Below, in pieces: positions 39,830 through 45,858 of a stretch of DNA of 45,858 nt. This DNA comes from Perkinsus chesapeaki ATCC PRA-425 (Eukaryota > Protista > Perkinsozoa), in contig JAAPAO010000261.1 of NCBI GenBank assembly GCA_013115145.1, positions 1 to 45,858 of the forward strand, written 5' to 3'. The first letter of the stretch is position 1, and every line of letters begins with the position of its first letter. Both the position numbers and the translations under genes were made by a program. The notes beneath the pieces are model-generated. The model had not been told where the DNA came from and made no database searches. It worked only from the letters and a program-made list of their open reading frames with translations.

Positions 39830-41066
39830 ATGGCCAGAGGGAACAGTCCCCGTTGATACAAATGCTGCTGTAAATGGATTAGTATGCTATAAGATGGCCA
39901 CTGCCAATATGAACATCAACTGAATTAGTTCATCGAGCACAGATTTGTGTTCAGTCTGTCTGCCGTTAGAGCTCCAGCTTGGATATCTCTCATTGCTCAC
40001 AATGTGACTTTTGACGTCCTCTCGCCAGGAACGTCGTATTTTAATGCCATTGTTCTTAAATTAATAATACAGTGAGCGAGACTTATTTCATGTCCTTATA
40101 TACATGTATCTTCTGTAAGGTAGGATCTCACGAAGTGTGATTCTAGCACGGTGAATTGCGCACGAAACAAATTCGATCAAATTGGCCCGCGCGTCTGCTC
40201 GCTAAATTCGCACGAGTGATTGAACGTACACAATCAGCGTACCGTATGCCGCGCACGGGCTTCGGGTTTTTTCAGGTTTCGGATTCGAGATATATATTCA
40301 GTTGTCAAATTGTAGTTGCGTTTCTGTTGTAAATTATTACTTTGGATCCGAATACGATACCCGAATATCCCGAACGATTGTGATAACTCCATAACGGAAT
40401 TACCACTTATCCATGCAAGCTCAACACTGGGCTTCGTCCGCTCCTCCCAAGGTTTCTTAAAGATGGATCGAAGATTAGTGTAGTATGGCGCGTTTTATGA
40501 CACAACTGCTGATGTGCGTGATGTCCTCCTCAGCTTTTACAGGCACGTGAGCATGTGCGACGGGTCTAACATAAGAAAAACAGGACGAAACAAAGAAATG
40601 TCCTCGGCTAAGGCCTGGAGCTGACGGTCAGCTGCTGACCAATTTCACCGTGAATCGAATCGTATGCATATCACGCTTTCACACGCTGCATGTACTGCTT
40701 TGTATTCACAATCTCAAGAGCTTCAGTGTTTCGATTCGAAACACTCGATTCGATTCGAGTTTCGAAACTTCCGAAACTCGCATCTCGTGGTGTGGATAGT
40801 CAAATCCAAGCAAGAAATCTGTTAATCCAAGCACTAAGCATGTTATAGGATTACGTTGAGCGCTTCGAATGAACAGGAATGGTGAAAGGGCTTGCGAGCT
40901 AAAAAAAGGAAGCGTGGGGATTGAATCCTCAGGATTCGCAACAGTGTTGCACACGATGGAGCGATGCACTGTTGCAGCAACAGAGGCAATAGGCAACTAT
41001 CGTTGATATTCCTGTCATTAGTGTCTCTTTAGCACACGTATACCAGTAACTTGAAGTTACTTGAGG

Positions 41067-42780
41067 GCAGGGTGGCCGGTGGAAAAATACCTATTCTTTC
41101 CACTAAATAAGACTCTCTAAGACCCCCTTTCCACCAAATACTTTCCGAAAATAAGGGTAAAGAGAAGAATCATGGAAATGTTGCTGAAGTAGGGTTGAAG
41201 TCATAAATTATGCGCATGATGCGCAGCGCATCATAGAGATGAGGCAGACTATAAGAGTTGATATAATGCAATGAATTAGTACAAATGAAGCGTATTCGGA
41301 GGCCTAGGCAGATAATTTCTGCTGGGGCATGTCACCAGACGAGGGTCCCACCCCCACTTTGATGCACCTGCAGCAGGTGCATCAAAATGCATTTAGATAA
41401 GTTTCATCAGCCTGATTTCGGAGTAGCAGTTGATAGTAACTTTACTTGGTTGATCCTTACCCGATGTCCTCCATCTGTGGAGTCTTCCTCAGGTCCTTCC
41501 AGTTGCCTGGTTATTTTTTAGTACGCTTCGGAGCAAGAGCTAGTAACTTTAGCTTGTAACAGTGCCCCGTAAATAGCGCGCGCCATTGGAATTGATTGGT
41601 ACACTGTATCATGATACAACTCGTCCCAATCTGTGGTTGTAATCAATTGAATTACTATTATTTATTCAGATTATTTTTATCACATCATAGCTACATCATC
41701 ATGATGTCATCATGGGTTGCAATCAAAGCAGCCAATGCACAATTATACAGAGTTGGCAAAGTTACAGGTAGTCTGCAGAGACTCTCTGCAATATCCTCCA
41801 TTTTGGAACGACTATTTCTCGCTTTCGGATGACGAGGTTGGAGACCGAATTTGGTGCGTGGTAAATTTTCGCTTCCTGCCTGAACCTGTCCCTTCAAGTA
41901 TGGCCCTAAGTTTGGATACAGTCACACGTTGGTGTCTTTTTCCGTGGCAATAATCGACGAAGAGTGCTACGATATACAGTATCACTTGCTGGAACATCTA
42001 GATTTGCTCGTTAAAGCAATAGCAGATGGGGAGAGGACGCTGAGCGATGTTATGAACCTGTGTGTCCACGACGCTCACCAAGGAGGCCTTCGAGCCTGTC
42101 AAACGGCTTTCACTAGAGCATCTTGGCCTGTTAGAGAAGACGGCGAAGGAAAAGAATCAAACACCGAGTTAGAAAGCAGTTGAGGTAATTCATTGTTGCG
42201 ATGGCTAGGCCGGCGTATCCACACGTGCTGGGACTCTTGGCATCTCAGCCGCGTATGTCAGGTCACAGACGTCGCGACGGTGAAGATTTGTTAGAAGAAA
42301 ACGTAGCTCGTGGCGTCTTCATCTCGAAAAGTCAGCGTGCGCCTGATGATCTGGATGACGATACTGCGATAGAAAATATTTCTGATTGTCATAATACCTC
42401 TTCTATTTCTATCAGTCCCATACTCGTTCAATTTTTCAGATGGTAGTCGGTTTTTGAAAATGCTGATGCGTGACTATTTCATCTTCAAACTCATTACGGC
42501 TTTTGATGTACATGATACAATTTGTATCAACGCTCAAACCATTTGTATCATAATGGTTTAAGCGGTGAAAACGTGCACTTGCAGTACCAAGAGCCTTGCG
42601 TGCACTTGCAAGAGTTCGCGAGATTGGGGGGACATGCTCGCATGGCTGTGCTGTTGAGATTACTGTTGGCAGCAAAGAACTGTACGCGGCATAGAGAATC
42701 GCGCATTGAAGTTAATGCGTCAATGCCATTGACGATCACCAACCGCGTGGCGATCTGCACAAGAAGTTTTCTGAGATAAC
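41067..42780 (+). mobile_element. Highly decayed hAT-like transposase region
   Basis: CAGGGTGGCCGG TIR-like sequence near 41069; degenerate CxxH-region (ICGCNQLNY), LSLDTVTRW, and EECYDIQYHLLEHLDLLVKAIADGERTLSDV, in the order expected for hAT motifs. Confidence 0.5.
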
Positions 42781-43598
42781 ATTTGGACAATCGGCCTCTC
42801 CCCCCCCTGCTCATAGAGGAAGACCGACCAGAAGGCAAGTCGACACAGTGCCGACGGCACTCTAGAATCTAGAGTGACGAACTCTTGGTAACGATCTAGA
42901 GTCTAGATCGTTACCAGTGGTACCCTACCACTCAGCGGTTTCCTCTCCCCCTAACCGTTCTTCGAGACCCTCTCCTAGCTGTGGCGGATTTCGCTTTTGT
43001 AGGTCAAGCCGAGTCTTGTATGATCCGATCATAGGCTTGCGGGTGATAGTGATGGTTTTTACTCCGAACCAGAATTAAGGGCCAGGAATAATCGAATTAC
43101 GATGGCTAGGGAGCACAAAGAGATCTATGCTTACAGGAAGATACATACGCTCGACGGTGTATGGGAGCACAACCAGGTTTGTGCACACGTACACTGAAAG
43201 AGCACGCGAGCGTCAACGGGGCGTTGAGAATGAAGATGGAGCATGATATGTTAAGCATAAGATGAAAGCGAGGAAGGAAGCTCGCTATCTTTCTCCTCTG
43301 TCCTTAAAGGCTGGGCAGATGGTGTTTACAACAACGGTACTCTAGGCCAGTACTCTCTCTGGCCCACAGTGTTAATAACACACTCTCTCCCTCACTAGCT
43401 CTGGACAAGGACCTTACCCATATGGGCAAAGAGGATATGGAAGTGACAGTTATCCTCTTGAACGCCATACCATACTTGAGACTGCCTTACGGGGCACCCT
43501 CAAGGAGCTGCTCGGGTAAAACTTCTGGTTATGCCTGATGCGGCGTTGCTGCTCGGTACAACCACGAGTCCGTCTCCTTTCAGCTCCTACATTTTCTC

Positions 43599-44579
43599 AT
43601 GGCTCCCAGACTTCGCAAAAGAAGACCGCCCTTACAGGCTGCTCGCCACACTTCCTCCAAAGGATCGACCTTGTCTACACGGGCATCCAAGAAGCCCAAA
43701 CTGGTTGAATACCAGTCAGCTCAAGAGAGAGCGCAGCCTTCGCCATCCGCTCAAGAGGATCCCCCGCAGACGGCTGCCCCTACTGGAAGTCAAGTGGACG
43801 TTCCAGAACTGGTCGGTTCAGCCGATTCCGAAGATTGGGATGATCAAACAAAGAACTTTCTGTTAACCACGCTAGGTTCGACGCCTGTGGCCTCTAATCC
43901 CCAAGCCCCCGTAGGTGACACCACTCATGTGCGCCCCTTACCAAACGCAGCCACCAGCAGTTTCCCAGGTCATCTAATGTCCCCTGCTCCTTACAAAAAG
44001 AGTTGGTTATCCTCCTGGATCGAACAACCCTGGTACGCTCACATTCCTCCAGGATTCCTTAGAATGAAGGACCTCAAGTTCTCCGACTCCCACAGCTCCC
44101 AGCAACAAATCCCCTTGACTGCGGTTCTCTTAGCTGGTCAAGTTATGGCCGGAAGATTACAATCGTGTTCCCTTATCTCATATTCGGCGACAGCTTCCTG
44201 TGTGGGGTCATTATGTGATTCCGGATTTGGCCCGAACGGCACTGTCAGGGCTAAGTATGCTCTGGAAACTATCCTGCTGGAAATACATTCAGCAGTCCTG
44301 GATGGTCGAGTTCAGGATGTGGATCTAGCCAATAGGTACTCCATCTCTCCTCAACTAGAACAGATCTTCACCAAAGCTACTGGCTTCACAGCTCTTCCTC
44401 CTCCTGCCTCAACTAACTGGAATCGCCGTGGTTATTCTACCAAAGATAAGGAGTGGTGGTCTACTAAGAATCAGTCTAAATGGCCCTCGTGGGACTCATG
44501 GTCACACAACCGGCGATGGTCGACCGACAAGTCTTCGTCGAAAGAAGCCACCAAGGATAGTAAGTCGGACAGTAAGTGA
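43599..44579 (+). CDS. Intronless 326-aa orphan ORF, probably retroelement ORF1/gag-like
   Basis: Intact ORF with a low-complexity basic/Pro-rich N-terminus and a W/K/S-rich C-terminus; lies among TE relics. No defined domain recognised. Confidence 0.45.
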   Translation: MAPRLRKRRPPLQAARHTSSKGSTLSTRASKKPKLVEYQSAQERAQPSPSAQEDPPQTAAPTGSQVDVPELVGSADSEDWDDQTKNFLLTTLGSTPVASNPQAPVGDTTHVRPLPNAATSSFPGHLMSPAPYKKSWLSSWIEQPWYAHIPPGFLRMKDLKFSDSHSSQQQIPLTAVLLAGQVMAGRLQSCSLISYSATASCVGSLCDSGFGPNGTVRAKYALETILLEIHSAVLDGRVQDVDLANRYSISPQLEQIFTKATGFTALPPPASTNWNRRGYSTKDKEWWSTKNQSKWPSWDSWSHNRRWSTDKSSSKEATKDSKSDSK

Positions 44580-44818
44580 GTCTTCTCTTGCAGCTCGGAC
44601 GTGTACCTTGTTGGTTGTCAAGTTAGACTATAATCAGGAATATTGATTCTGAGGATTTTTCCCTCCCCCTTGCTTGTTGAGTTAAGGTACTTGTTGACCA
44701 ATACCTTGGTCACTTACTCTCTTGCATGATTCCCTAATGTCGCACGAACATGGAATGTTCATGGAATTACGTGTTGTGTAACTCCTAACCACAATCTATA
44801 CCTTGTTGAGCATCAGTC

Positions 44819-45682
44819 ATGGCACATGGTGGAGAACCCGGGCCTCTTCTCGAGTTCCTCGGCCTTGACTCTATCGACGCTCTTCAATATCTCACGACTT
44901 CCGACCTAGATGACCAGTTCCGCACCAAAGAAGCTTTGCCTGCGACCAGAGCCAAGATGCGCAAACTTTTCCACGCTTACTACAAGCACACCCAGTGTGT
45001 TTCGGCGGCCCCTTCCACCATCACACAGCCCCCACAGGTCCCCCTCAGCACCCCTGGGCAACCCCAGACCCCTAGTCTACTTGTCACCGACAACCTCAGC
45101 CTTTCGGGTACTGACTCTGCGCACGACACCACTTCCACTAAGTATCTTGATGTTGTTCGCTGTATTACTCTACCTAACAACACCCCCTATCGTGGCCGTA
45201 CTGACGACCGTAGTATCATTTCTTTCCTCAACAACCTCTACCAAGAAGTTGTCCAGGCCGATCTCTCGGAACGTCAAGCTTGGCTCCTTCTACTACGCGC
45301 GTTCGACGAGCCCGCCAAGACCTCCCTCCGACAAGCCGTTCAACGCTCATGTCTACCCCGTGGTCTATGGATGAAAGATTATGCCGCTATGGTTCGCGAC
45401 GGTGCTTCATGGGCCGACCACGAGTACCGTGTATCTAATTCCTACGACAACCTAGACGACAAGTTCGACGACTTCAAACAGCGCTTTGGTGAAACTGTCC
45501 TAGCCCTTGCTGATCGCCTTTCTCTACTCAAGTACGAAGCTGACTCGGTTGGCTACTCTGTGACCGATGCCCAGCTTTTGCGTGTCTACCGTCGCTCCCT
45601 TTATCCCCGTCTCCGCACTTTAGCCTCTACCATCTATGCCGGTTGCGACACCGTCGATGACTTGGCCAATAGACTTCTGTAG
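44819..45682 (+). mobile_element. Ty3/gypsy-type gag (capsid) ORF, truncated, with primer-binding site at 44827-44842
   Basis: PYRGRTDDRSIISFL...LLLLRAFDEPAK and QRFGETVLALADRLSLL resemble retrotransposon capsid motifs; CA immediately followed by TGGTGGAGAACCCGGG (PBS form). No zinc knuckle or pol. Confidence 0.7.
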
Positions 45683-45845
45683 TACTGCTGTGGTAGCACA
45701 ACAAATGATAAGTGGGAAGAAACTATAAACTTAATAGGTTATACATCATAACTGGAATGGCTAGTAGACACTCACACAAATGGGACATCGCTAAGAAATA
45801 CAATTGTGTAACACTCAGTCTACAATTATTTCCCCTCCTCTACTC
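45678..45845 (-). mobile_element. Probable 3' LTR (147 bp, 45678-45824) and polypurine tract of a second, oppositely oriented LTR element
   Basis: TGTAG...CTACA inverted termini; minus-strand purine tract GAGTAGAGGAGGGGAAA five nt upstream; its terminus supplies the stop of the gag ORF. Confidence 0.55.
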
Positions 45846-45858
45846 GGCAAGTTGCCGA

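Noticed and set aside
42781-42810. PPT plus TG start suggesting another LTR on the minus strand
   Set aside because: No matching CA end or second copy was identified, and it overlaps the hAT-like relic.

Overview
Intron-dense eukaryotic genomic DNA with many short GT-AG introns, most consistent with a Perkinsus-like alveolate (inference from gene structure and gene families; no database search was possible). Recognisable host genes: a DDX5/DBP2-type DEAD-box helicase, two tandem acyl-protein thioesterase/lysophospholipase paralogs, an intronless RRM protein, a TIP30/HTATIP2-like Rossmann protein, Vps54, a PIH1+CS protein and a DZIP1-like zinc-finger protein. There are also intact tRNA-His(GTG) and tRNA-Arg(CCT) genes. 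These are interleaved with decayed mobile DNA: two hAT transposase relics, a Ty3/gypsy gag with a tRNA-Ala-like PBS truncated by an inverted LTR, orphan degenerate ORFs, an 88-bp tandem repeat spanning an assembly gap, and tRNA fragments. The main unexplained signals are (i) a strong excess of perfect palindromes with a single-nucleotide centre, concentrated in transposon-derived DNA, (ii) two dispersed 13-20 bp motifs that recur about 7 times each, often inside introns, and (iii) a tRNA-His with U73. Exon boundaries were read by eye, so gene ends are approximate where stated.
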